Origin: Candidatus Hydrogenedentes bacterium ADurb.Bin170
Lineage (GTDB): Bacteria > Hydrogenedentota > Hydrogenedentia > Hydrogenedentales > CAITNO01
Direction of reading: 5' to 3'
Assembly: GCA_002070275.1 (NCBI GenBank)
Contig: MWCY01000007.1
Coordinates: forward strand, 3,704 to 67,703
Length of the DNA stretch: 64,000 nucleotides
In this document: one piece after another, positions 1-8,998 of the stretch
How the letters are laid out: each line of letters opens with the position of its first letter
Position numbering within the stretch: position 1 is the stretch's first letter
The notes under the pieces: generated by a model
Seen by the model: the letters and a program-made list of their open reading frames with translations, nothing else
The model's database searches: none
What the model was told of the DNA's origin: nothing
Made by a program: the position numbers and the translations under genes

Positions 1-620
1 CCAATAGCGGCATGATGAACAGCAATACATGCACGGGCACCCTGTTTCAATCGAATGAGGCACCGTTCGTGAATTGCCGAAGCATCTTCTGCAGCACCGG
101 TGAGACAGACAATATGCAAGGTGTGATCCAGTTTTACATTTTCTTCTAAAAGGATGGCAGTCCCATCGCTAAGAAAAGCGTCATTTAAGGCGAGAAAAGC
201 GTGAGCCGGATAAGCACTTCTCTGGAGAAGATCGGTGAATGTGGCTCCCATGTCCTCTGCAACGGCTTCCTTCAATCCGCCCAGATAGCCATGGCTAACT
301 GATGGCAGCCGGGAATGGCGAAGAGAGAACCGCCCGTTTACCGTAACCAGAAAATAATCATCGGGGCCTATAGGGAGCAAGGCGAGCTGCTTTTTAATTT
401 CAGCGTCGTCTGTTTGAGTTTCGCCGGTAAGAAAAAAAGGATGCGCCAGAATCGGTTTTATATTTGTCTGGCGCCACGCCTCGTCTTTTGTGCCCGGAAA
501 ATCCATCTGCTGAAAGGCAGATTTTCCTCTGCTGCGAATGTGGGTAACAGCCTCCGCTGCGGCCCCGTTTTGGAAACGAGTCATCTCTGCCAGATAGTGC
601 TCTTTTAGAGGAGTAGTCAT
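1..620 (-). CDS. sufD: Fe-S cluster assembly protein SufD (5' portion; the gene continues past the window start)
   Basis: Minus-strand reading frame with an ATG at 620, 10 bp after the sufC stop, preceded by an AAGGCG ribosome-binding site. It runs off the window edge, which is why it has no in-window stop and is missing from the ORF track. The N-terminus MTTPLKEHYLAEMTRFQNG...GTKDEAWRQTNIKPIL resembles the SufD N-terminal region, and the gene sits in the sufB-sufC-sufD order. Confidence 0.7.
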   Translation of the reverse strand, partial: MTTPLKEHYLAEMTRFQNGAAAEAVTHIRSRGKSAFQQMDFPGTKDEAWRQTNIKPILAHPFFLTGETQTDDAEIKKQLALLPIGPDDYFLVTVNGRFSLRHSRLPSVSHGYLGGLKEAVAEDMGATFTDLLQRSAYPAHAFLALNDAFLSDGTAILLEENVKLDHTLHIVCLTGAAEDASAIHERCLIRLKQGARACIAVHHAAI

Positions 621-630
621 AAAGTACGCC

Positions 631-1398
631 TTATGCCGGGAGCGTTTCTTCTGCTTCACGGATCCAGTTATACCCCTGCTCTTCCAGTTTCAAAGCAAGC
701 TCTTTTCCGCCCGATTGTATGAGTTTTCCGTCATAGAGCACATGAACAAAGTCCGGCTGAATATAATCCAGCAGGCGTTGATAGTGTGTGATGAGCAGGA
801 ATGACCTTTGTGGGGAACGGAGCCTGTTTACACCGGAAGCCACGGTGCGTAGTGCATCAATATCGAGGCCGGAATCGGTCTCGTCCAGGATGGCAAGAGC
901 AGGTTCCAGCACGGCGAGCTGCAGGATTTCATTCCGTTTTTTCTCGCCACCCGAAAAGCCGAAATTTACGAAGCGTTCGGCAAAATCTTCCTGCATTTCC
1001 ACCAATTCCATTTTCTTTTTCAAAAATTGTGCAAAATCCAGCGCATCCATTTCCTCCTCTCCCCGGCTTTTCCGAATCTCATTCAGTGCGGTTTGAAGAA
1101 AGCTGCTGTTGGTAATTCCCTGAATCTCCACGGGATACTGAAATGCAAGGAAAAGCCCCTGGCGTGCCCGTTCTTCAGGGGATAACGCTAAAAGATCTTC
1201 CCCCTGGAATACAACACTTCCCCGTGTTTCATCTACCGTGTAGTTTTCATGCCCGGCGAGCACTTGTGCCAAGGTGCTTTTTCCGGAGCCGTTCGGTCCC
1301 ATAATGGCATGCACTTCTCCGGGATTGATTTGAAGATTCAATCCTTTCAGGATCAACTGATCATTTACTGAGGCATACAGATCAACAATACTGAGCAT
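631..1398 (-). CDS. sufC: Fe-S cluster assembly ATPase SufC
   Basis: 255 aa. It has a Walker A motif (GPNGSGKST), an ABC signature (FSGGEKKR) and a Walker B motif (ILDETDSGLDID). Overall similarity to SufC, and its position between sufB and sufD. Confidence 0.93.
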   Translation of the reverse strand: MLSIVDLYASVNDQLILKGLNLQINPGEVHAIMGPNGSGKSTLAQVLAGHENYTVDETRGSVVFQGEDLLALSPEERARQGLFLAFQYPVEIQGITNSSFLQTALNEIRKSRGEEEMDALDFAQFLKKKMELVEMQEDFAERFVNFGFSGGEKKRNEILQLAVLEPALAILDETDSGLDIDALRTVASGVNRLRSPQRSFLLITHYQRLLDYIQPDFVHVLYDGKLIQSGGKELALKLEEQGYNWIREAEETLPA

Positions 1399-2843
1399 TA
1401 TCCGACACTCCCTTCCAGTGTTACACTTAATAAACGTGATGCTTCGACGGCAAATTCCATGGGGAGATGATCGAGCACTTCTTTGCAGAATCCGTTGACG
1501 ACCAGCGAGATGGCGTCTTCCCGGTCAATACCGCGTGACTGACAGTAAAATAACTGATCCTCATTAATCTTTGAGGTGGATGCTTCATGTTCCACCGAAG
1601 CGCTGTCATTGCGGACATCAATATAAGGCCAGGTATGAGCACCGCAATCATTTCCCATGAGCAGACTGTCACATTGGGTGTAGTTGCGCGCATTTTCTGC
1701 TCCCGGCATGACACGTACCAGACCCCGGTAACTGCTGTCGCTTTTTCCTGCTGAGATAGTCTTGGAAATAATGGTACTGCGCGTATCTGCACCCGTATGA
1801 ATCATTTTGGTTCCTGTGTCTGCCTGCTGTTTCCCCTTGGTCAGGGCAACAGAGTAGAACTCTCCTACTGAGCCTTTCCCCTTTAAAAGGCAGCTGGGGT
1901 ATTTCCAGGTGATGGCACTGCCTGTTTCTATCTGGGTCCAGGATATATGGGAACGATCGCCCAAACACGCGCCCCGCTTTGTTACAAAATTATAGATACC
2001 GCCTTTACCGTCATCGTCTCCGGCATACCAGTTCTGCACAGTGGCATAGCGGATAGAAGCATCTTTGTGAGCAACCAATTCCACCACGGCGGCGTGCAGC
2101 TGGTTTTCATCGCGGATAGGCGCCGTGCATCCTTCAAGATAACTTACTTTAGAGCCTTCTTCAGCGATAATCAGTGTCCGTTCAAACTGTCCCGTATGTT
2201 TTGCGTTAATCCGAAAATAGGTTGACAGATCCATCGGACAGGTAACACCTGCAGGAATATAGACAAAGGAACCGCCGCTGAAGACCGCCGAGTTTAAAGA
2301 GGCATAAAAGTTATCGCCCTGAGGAACCACAGAGCCCAAATATTTCTGTACAAGATCCGGGTGTTCCTGGATGGCTTCGGAGATAGGACAGAAGATAATG
2401 CCCTGCCGTTTCAGTATCTGCTGATGAGTTGTTGCGACGGAGACACTGTCAAAAACAGCATCAACAGCGACACCGCTTAACCGTTTCTGTTCTTCCAGCG
2501 GGATTCCGAGTTTAGTGAAAGTTTCCACCAGTTTGGGGTCCACTTCATCCAGACTGCGCGGCGAAACGGCGGATTTAGGAGCTGAGTAGTAGGAGATGTC
2601 CTGAAAGTCCGGATCCGGATACACAAGTTTCGCCCATCGGGGTATTTCCATTTGCTGCCACAGACGAAACGCGTTCAGCCGCCACTCTGTCATCCAGTCC
2701 GGCTCATTTTTGATGCGGGAAAGCGCTACGATGACATCTTCATTGAGACCTTTATCGAAACTGTCCGATTCAATGGCAGTGGTCCATCCATGCTCATAGC
2801 GTTTCCGGACCATTTCCTGTACTTCTATGTTCTTCTGGTTCAC
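1398..2843 (-). CDS. sufB: Fe-S cluster assembly protein SufB
   Basis: 481 aa, with SufB-like length and sequence. Its stop overlaps the sufC start by 1 bp, so the two form an operon. Confidence 0.9.
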   Translation of the reverse strand: MNQKNIEVQEMVRKRYEHGWTTAIESDSFDKGLNEDVIVALSRIKNEPDWMTEWRLNAFRLWQQMEIPRWAKLVYPDPDFQDISYYSAPKSAVSPRSLDEVDPKLVETFTKLGIPLEEQKRLSGVAVDAVFDSVSVATTHQQILKRQGIIFCPISEAIQEHPDLVQKYLGSVVPQGDNFYASLNSAVFSGGSFVYIPAGVTCPMDLSTYFRINAKHTGQFERTLIIAEEGSKVSYLEGCTAPIRDENQLHAAVVELVAHKDASIRYATVQNWYAGDDDGKGGIYNFVTKRGACLGDRSHISWTQIETGSAITWKYPSCLLKGKGSVGEFYSVALTKGKQQADTGTKMIHTGADTRSTIISKTISAGKSDSSYRGLVRVMPGAENARNYTQCDSLLMGNDCGAHTWPYIDVRNDSASVEHEASTSKINEDQLFYCQSRGIDREDAISLVVNGFCKEVLDHLPMEFAVEASRLLSVTLEGSVG

Positions 2844-3197
2844 TTTGCGTTAGATCCTGAATGGTAAGTATGGCGGCAAGCTCGTTTACGGTCTACTCTT
2901 TGCATTTGCAAATCAAACACCAGATCTGATTAAACTCTTGAAAGTATAGCGGTATACTAATGAATAAACATGTATTTCTTTTTTCTTTATTCCAAAGGCT
3001 TTGATTGAACTGTATTTCAATGAGAAAAATACGGGATGCGAGATAAAGTGCGGGAATTATTTGGTTAAGCTGCAAGTTTTAAGTTACGATGGAGGTGACG
3101 ATTTTCAACGAAACATTGTATTTACTGTTTTCTGATATCGTTGCAAGGCATCCGGTTTTTGTTTCCCTGCTGAATTACTGGAAAAGAGATTTTTATT

Positions 3198-4244
3198 ATG
3201 CAGCGCGCTGTAGAAAATGTAAATGTTTTATCTTTGACTCCCCTGCCGCCGCCGGATGAGTTAAAAGCGCAATTTCCGCTTACGGAAAATACGGCGGATA
3301 CGGTTGCCAACTGCAGAGAGCAGCTTGCTGCCATCCTGGACGGGAAAGACAGGCGTTTTCTGGTGATTACGGGTCCCTGCTCGATTCACGACACTGAGGC
3401 CGGTCTGGATTATGCAAGGCGCCTGCATGCACTGAGCCGGGAGTTGTCCGACCGTCTCTTTATCCTGATGCGGGTTTATTATGAAAAACCGCGCACAACT
3501 GTCGGATGGAAGGGTCTTATTAACGATCCGGACATGAATAACAGTTATGACATCCAGAAAGGGCTTCGCAAAGCACGTCGTTTTCTGCTGGATGTTGCTG
3601 AAATGGGCTTGGGAGCGGCAAGTGAAGTGCTGGATCCCATTATTCCCCAGTATCTCGCCGATCTGATGTCTTGGGTTTCTATCGGAGCACGCACCAGCGA
3701 ATCACAGACACATCGTGAAATGGCGAGCGGACTGTCCATGCCCGTCGGATTTAAAAATAATACAAGCGGCAATTTGCAGAGTGCCATCGATGCGCTCATT
3801 GCCGCCGGCCGCCCCCACCATTTTCTTGGTGTTGACGGTGCCGGGCGTTCCTGTGTGGTTCATACCCGGGGCAACAGCTATGGACATGTGATTTTGCGCG
3901 GTGGGCGCTCCGGTCCCAATTATGACCCTGTCAGTGTGATTACAGTAGAAGACCAGATGCGGTCAGCCGGGTTGGAACCGCGAATTATTGTTGATTGCAG
4001 CCATGCCAATTGCGGAAAGCGCCCGCGCCTTCAGGCTCATGTGCTCCGTGACGTGATTCAACAGCGGCTCGAAGGCAACAAGAGCATTTATGGTGTTATG
4101 CTGGAGAGCAATCTTCAGGAGGGCAACCAGAAACTGAGCGGGAACGCATCGGATCTTAGGTATGGCTGCAGCGTTACCGATCCCTGCATAGACTGGGAGA
4201 TGACAGAGCAGCTTCTTCGGGAAGCGCACAGGAAACTGGCATAA
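3198..4244 (+). CDS. 3-deoxy-7-phosphoheptulonate (DAHP) synthase, class I alpha (AroG/F/H-like)
   Basis: 348 aa. The N-terminus (FPLTENTADTVANCREQ...RFLVITGPCSIHD) and core (KPRTTVGWKGLINDP, VDCSHAN) closely resemble E. coli AroG. Confidence 0.9.
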   Translation: MQRAVENVNVLSLTPLPPPDELKAQFPLTENTADTVANCREQLAAILDGKDRRFLVITGPCSIHDTEAGLDYARRLHALSRELSDRLFILMRVYYEKPRTTVGWKGLINDPDMNNSYDIQKGLRKARRFLLDVAEMGLGAASEVLDPIIPQYLADLMSWVSIGARTSESQTHREMASGLSMPVGFKNNTSGNLQSAIDALIAAGRPHHFLGVDGAGRSCVVHTRGNSYGHVILRGGRSGPNYDPVSVITVEDQMRSAGLEPRIIVDCSHANCGKRPRLQAHVLRDVIQQRLEGNKSIYGVMLESNLQEGNQKLSGNASDLRYGCSVTDPCIDWEMTEQLLREAHRKLA

Positions 4245-4258
4245 CCGTTTTTGACACC

Positions 4259-5689
4259 TTATACGCGTACGTCCGAATGCGTATCCAGGCTTGCGGTATG
4301 GCGTTCAAGAAAAGGATTGGCTTCCTGAACAAAGAACTCATCCACCTGTGACGGAGCGCGCCCGACAAATGCATCGAGCTTCAGCTGCTCCTCCATTTCT
4401 TCCCGGGTCATGTTAATTTGAGGGTCGGCAGCCAGCCGATCCAGCAGATCGTTGTCCGCTCCTTCCTCTTTGACCCGGCGTCCTGCTTCCTGAGCATGCT
4501 GCCGGATAACTTCGTGCAGCGTCTGACGGTCTCCTCCCTTTTGTACACACGCCATCAGGATGTTTTCCGATGCCATGAAAGGCAGTTCACTCCAGATTCT
4601 TTTTTCAATTACTTTGGGATAAACCCTGGGTGCTTCCATGACATTCAAGTACAAATTCAAAATGGCATCGGCGGTAAGAAAAGCTTCGGGAAGGCTGAGT
4701 CTGCGTATGGCGGAGTCGTCAAGCGTTCTTTCAAACCATTGTGTTGCCGTAGTGAATGCGCTGTGCAGCGGTGCGGTCATAAGAAAACGTGAAAGCGCAC
4801 AAATCCGCTCACTACGCATGGGATTGCGTTTGTACGGCATGGCGGAGCTGCCTACCTGCGAACGTTCGAAAGGCTCTTCCACCTCCTTGAGATTCTGAAG
4901 GAGGCGCATGTCTGTAGCAAATTTGTGGGCGGATTCTCCTATGCCTGCCAGCGCATTAAGGACCTGTGTATCTATTTTTCTGGTGTACGTTTGCCCGGCA
5001 ATAATGAAAGAACTTTCAAAGCCCAGTTTTTTAGCAACAAGATGATCAAGAGCCTTTACTTTTTCCGCATCCCCATGAAAAAGAGCGAGGAAAGAAGCCT
5101 GTGTTCCTGTCGCACCTTTGACGCCACGGCATCGCATGGATGCCAGAAGTTGTTCAATCTGAAGGCAGTCCAGAAGCAGATCCTGTGCCCAGAGGCATGC
5201 ACGTTTCCCCACAGTTACCAATTGCGCCGGCTGATAATGGGTAAATCCGAGCGTCGGCAGGGACTTGTATTGAAGCGCAAAGGCTTTGATTCGATTTAAT
5301 ACTCCTGCCGCTTTTGCAAGAATCAATTCCAGACCTTCCCGAATCAGAATAAGATCGGTATTATCTCCAACAAAGCAGCTGGTAGCCCCCAGATGGATAA
5401 TCGGACGTGCATTCGGCGCCAGATCGCCAAATGCATGAATGTGTGCCATTACATCGTGTCGCGTTTCTTTTTCATAAGCAGCTGCCTGTTCAAAGTCTAT
5501 CGTGTCAACATGAGCCCGCATCTCCTCTAGCTGCGCATCTGAAATGTCGAGCCCCAGTTCCTGCTCTGCTTCAGCCAGAGCAATCCAGCAGCGCCGCCAG
5601 GTGGAAAACTTTTTCTGTGCACTCCACAAACGTTTCATAGGATCGGTTGCAAAACGCTCAACCAGAGGAGAAACATAGAGATCACTCAT
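4259..5689 (-). CDS. purB: adenylosuccinate lyase (long form)
   Basis: 476 aa with the fumarate-lyase fold and the long PurB C-terminal extension. It carries the SSAMPYKRNP signature. Confidence 0.9.
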   Translation of the reverse strand: MSDLYVSPLVERFATDPMKRLWSAQKKFSTWRRCWIALAEAEQELGLDISDAQLEEMRAHVDTIDFEQAAAYEKETRHDVMAHIHAFGDLAPNARPIIHLGATSCFVGDNTDLILIREGLELILAKAAGVLNRIKAFALQYKSLPTLGFTHYQPAQLVTVGKRACLWAQDLLLDCLQIEQLLASMRCRGVKGATGTQASFLALFHGDAEKVKALDHLVAKKLGFESSFIIAGQTYTRKIDTQVLNALAGIGESAHKFATDMRLLQNLKEVEEPFERSQVGSSAMPYKRNPMRSERICALSRFLMTAPLHSAFTTATQWFERTLDDSAIRRLSLPEAFLTADAILNLYLNVMEAPRVYPKVIEKRIWSELPFMASENILMACVQKGGDRQTLHEVIRQHAQEAGRRVKEEGADNDLLDRLAADPQINMTREEMEEQLKLDAFVGRAPSQVDEFFVQEANPFLERHTASLDTHSDVRV

Positions 5690-5774
5690 GAGGAATTCCC
5701 AACCTTTCGACGATGGTGACGGTTACGAAGAAATGATTTATAAAAGAACGCATGCCGCCAAAGGGGCGCTGTGC

Positions 5775-6422
5775 TTATGCCTGAAAATCCTGAACAGCCA
5801 GAGCGAAACCGCTTTCTTCAGCCAGAGCAGCGACCGCTGTGACCGGATTTGTTCTTTCCGCAAAGACGCCCCCGCTTAGCATATACGCACAAGCACTCTC
5901 CGCAGATGTTGCCGGAAATGCATCAAAACGTTCCGGGCAGATGAAATTTTCTTCATAGGTGGCAAGATGCCACTGGAAGCCGTTTTTCAGCGCTATCCGC
6001 TCTACCTGAAGTCCGTCATGACGCACAACAGCAAGCCACCCCTCGTCACTGCGCTTGTCGACAACGGCGCTGATGCGTGGCGTATTGTAGTCATCTTTTT
6101 CATAGTCCATAGAAAAAGAGGTCAGAATCAGGGCATCCCGTGCGGACATCCCTCCTGCCATCTTTTCCGCGATGAAGTCAGTCTGTCCGCCGTTGGTAAC
6201 AACAGCAACAGCACCGTCACAAACAATGCGCACACAGTTGTAGGCGATATAGGGATTTTTAAAAATATCACTTTCAAACCCCGGCTTGGGCACGATGCTG
6301 ACTTTTCCATTACCCACAACAGCGCTCCGATTGGGAAAAGAGCGGCTTGACACACGATAGGCGGCGCAGAGCTGCCCGTCTGCTGTTTTTCCGACACTTA
6401 CAATTCTTCCTACATACATCAT
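5775..6422 (-). CDS. purO: IMP cyclohydrolase, archaeal PurO-type (PF07826-like)
   Basis: The N-terminus MYVGRIVSVG...YRVSSRSFPNR matches my recollection of PurO N-termini (MYLGRI.AVG...YRVSSRSFPNR). The start was moved to the internal Met at 6422, which has a GGGAGA ribosome-binding site; the ORF track extends it to 6452. The gene lies between an adenosine-kinase-like gene and purB. Confidence 0.6.
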   Translation of the reverse strand: MMYVGRIVSVGKTADGQLCAAYRVSSRSFPNRSAVVGNGKVSIVPKPGFESDIFKNPYIAYNCVRIVCDGAVAVVTNGGQTDFIAEKMAGGMSARDALILTSFSMDYEKDDYNTPRISAVVDKRSDEGWLAVVRHDGLQVERIALKNGFQWHLATYEENFICPERFDAFPATSAESACAYMLSGGVFAERTNPVTAVAALAEESGFALAVQDFQA

Positions 6423-6474
6423 ATGTATCTCCCGTTGTTGCCCGGACTTCATAACAGCGGCCAGGCTAAAAAAG

Positions 6475-7482
6475 TTATCTGTTTTTAAGAGTTGCTTCCG
6501 CCTGTCGGATGCGCGTCCAGCCTTGCGCGTCCGGAGAGGCTCCCAGAGAACGAACAGTTTCTGCTCCTACGTGAGACGCAAATTCCCCGCACATCTCCGG
6601 AGACCAGCCATTTAGATATCCGTAAAGAAATCCGGCCGCCCAGCAGTCACCAGCACCGGTTGTGTCTATTACCCGGGTTACAGGAACGGCATCGACTTTG
6701 CAGCAGGCGTCTTTTGTCCGGATAAGTGCGCCATCTTTACCCAGTTTCACAGCGGCAACCGGTGAACAGGCGTGCAAAGCCCGCAATCCTTCTTCCGGAT
6801 CCGGATTTCCAGAAAATGCTGCTGCTTCATCTTCATTGGCAAAGACAATTTCGACATAGTGTTTCAGGAGATCCGGCAGGACATCCATGCTGTCCCGAAC
6901 CACTTCAAAGGAGGCAAGATCTATGCTTACTGTGCAGCCGGCTGCTTTTGCCATTTGCAGCAGATGGAACACATATTCACAGTTAAACAGCCCGTAGCCT
7001 TCCAGGTGCACATGTCTGCACTGCTGAAAATCCCGGTCGCTGACATCGGACTTCCCTATCAGCATGGCTGCGCCCAGATCAGTACGCATCGTGCGCTCTC
7101 CATCGGGAGTGATCAGGCTCAGGCATCGGCCTGTAGGGCTGGTGTCATCATACTTGAAGCTGTCTTCAACACCGCCCGAAGCTGTAAAAGCAGCTCGATA
7201 TGCATCACCGTCCGCATCTCTGCCGATTTTTCCAAGAAGTGCCACCGGCATGCCCAGCCGCCCTAAAGCAGCGACGGTGTTTGCCGCACTGCCGCCCAGG
7301 GCACGCTGTGGCGGTTCAGGCATTTGCGCCAGAAGCGCATCCATTTCATCGTGCTTTATCCATTCCATGCCACCTTTAGCTCCTGAAATCTTTTCAAGAA
7401 AAGAATCGGGAACCGGGGCAAGGATGTCCATGATGGGTGAGCCAACCCCCAGAATTCGGGATGCCGTAGGGGTGTCTGTCAT
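6475..7482 (-). CDS. PfkB-family ribokinase-like sugar/nucleoside kinase, possibly adenosine kinase
   Basis: 335 aa with the PfkB signature DTTGAGD near the C-terminus. Its stop overlaps the metK start by 4 bp (ATGA). The adenosine-kinase guess is an inference from its position between metK and the purine genes. Confidence 0.65.
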   Translation of the reverse strand: MTDTPTASRILGVGSPIMDILAPVPDSFLEKISGAKGGMEWIKHDEMDALLAQMPEPPQRALGGSAANTVAALGRLGMPVALLGKIGRDADGDAYRAAFTASGGVEDSFKYDDTSPTGRCLSLITPDGERTMRTDLGAAMLIGKSDVSDRDFQQCRHVHLEGYGLFNCEYVFHLLQMAKAAGCTVSIDLASFEVVRDSMDVLPDLLKHYVEIVFANEDEAAAFSGNPDPEEGLRALHACSPVAAVKLGKDGALIRTKDACCKVDAVPVTRVIDTTGAGDCWAAGFLYGYLNGWSPEMCGEFASHVGAETVRSLGASPDAQGWTRIRQAEATLKNR

Positions 7483-8666
7483 TTTCCGACTGCCTGACGC
7501 AAGGCATCGGCCTTGTCTGTTTTTTCCCAGGGGAAAAGATCACGTCCGAAATGACCGTAATTGGAGGTGTCACGGTAGCACCAGCCCTGCGGCTTTGCCA
7601 GACTCAGTTCAGCCATAATCTGGGCAGGCCGGAAATCAAAGAGACCGGAGTTCTCGAGTACACGCTGGAGCACAGTGTCCTCGACTTTGCCAGTGCCGAA
7701 AGTTGACACGTTAATGCTCATAGGCTCGGCAACACCGATCGCATAAGCCACTTGAATCTCACATTTTCTGGCAAGTCCGGCCGCGACAATATTTTTGGCT
7801 GCATAGCGGCTGTAATAGGCGGCACTTCTATCAACCTTTGTCGGATCTTTGCCGGAAAAGGCGCCGCCACCATGGGAGCCGACTCCGCCGTAGCTGTCCA
7901 CAATAATCTTACGCCCCGTGAGACCGGAGTCGCCATGGGGACCACCTATGACAAAACGTCCGGTGGGGTTCACATGATACTTTGTGTCGTTGTCGAGAAG
8001 TCCCGTAGCACCCAGAACCTGCTGCGCCACATCAATCATATCTTTACGAATCTGTTCCAGCGGAACATCTTCTGTCTGATGGGAAATTACAACCGTTGTG
8101 ATTTTGGCAGGCTTTCCATTTTCGTACAGAATGGATACCTGAGATTTGGAGTCAGGACGCAAATAAGCAATCTCCCCCGCTTTTCTGATGCGGGCAAGCT
8201 CAATAAGCAGATTGTGGCTGTATTGCAGAGGAGCAGGCATCAGCTGCGGCGTGTCGTCGCAGGCATAACCGAACATCATGCCCTGATCGCCTGCACCCTG
8301 TTCTTTATGTGTTTCTTCGTTTGTATTGACCCCCATGGCGATATCGGCGGATTGCTGATGAAGCCGATTCACATATTGAAAGGTCTTATAAGAGAAACCG
8401 ATATCATCATAAATATAACCAATGTCTTTGACAACAGCCCGTGCCAGACTTTCAGGATCGATGCTGCTCCAGCCTTCACAGCTGATTTCTCCGGCATTTG
8501 CCACGAAATCGGTTGCGGCAAGCGTTTCGCAGCCGACATGGCTGTTTTCGTCTGCGGCAAGGCACGCATCCAGAATCGCATCAGAAATCTGGTCGCAAAC
8601 CTTATCCGGATGTCCCTCGGAAACAGATTCAGAGGTAAAAACATGGGAGCTTAGCAATTTACTCAT
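7479..8666 (-). CDS. metK: S-adenosylmethionine synthetase
   Basis: MetK signatures are present: GHPDK near the N-terminus and the GGGAFSGKDPTKVDRSAAY loop. The start was set to the internal Met at 8666, which has an AGGAAAGAAG ribosome-binding site. The ORF-track start at 8801 would add 45 non-conserved residues. Confidence 0.92.
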   Translation of the reverse strand: MSKLLSSHVFTSESVSEGHPDKVCDQISDAILDACLAADENSHVGCETLAATDFVANAGEISCEGWSSIDPESLARAVVKDIGYIYDDIGFSYKTFQYVNRLHQQSADIAMGVNTNEETHKEQGAGDQGMMFGYACDDTPQLMPAPLQYSHNLLIELARIRKAGEIAYLRPDSKSQVSILYENGKPAKITTVVISHQTEDVPLEQIRKDMIDVAQQVLGATGLLDNDTKYHVNPTGRFVIGGPHGDSGLTGRKIIVDSYGGVGSHGGGAFSGKDPTKVDRSAAYYSRYAAKNIVAAGLARKCEIQVAYAIGVAEPMSINVSTFGTGKVEDTVLQRVLENSGLFDFRPAQIMAELSLAKPQGWCYRDTSNYGHFGRDLFPWEKTDKADALRQAVGK

Positions 8667-8998
8667 GAGAACTTCTTTCCTGTTCTGGTTACTGAAAATA
8701 AAAATCTCGGCAAATGTCGAAACCTGTAAAAAGAAGGTAATGAACCGGTGCCTATCGGAAATACTGTAACGCCGCTCAGCCTTGAAAGATTCGGCGCACA
8801 CTGTACAGCCATTTTATACCATAACATAAGGTGTGGATAAAAGCCGATTTGACAATAACTGCAATCATGTTTCATACTGAAACAAGCACTTTTCGTAAAA
8901 AATGCCCTGTTATATTGTAAGAGACCATGGCAAATGGTTTTCCAGACCTCAAAGTCTTTAAAACTGGCAGTGCCGCTTTAACAATAAGGAAAAGCTCT

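Noticed and set aside
315-608. 97-aa plus-strand ORF
   Set aside because: It lies wholly antisense inside the SufD coding region, has no recognisable motifs, and SufD homology explains this DNA.
788-1115. 102-aa and 104-aa plus-strand ORFs
   Set aside because: They are antisense to the strongly supported sufC gene, with low-complexity translations.
7752-8654. 300-aa plus-strand ORF
   Set aside because: It is antisense to metK, a typical long shadow ORF in a GC-rich gene.
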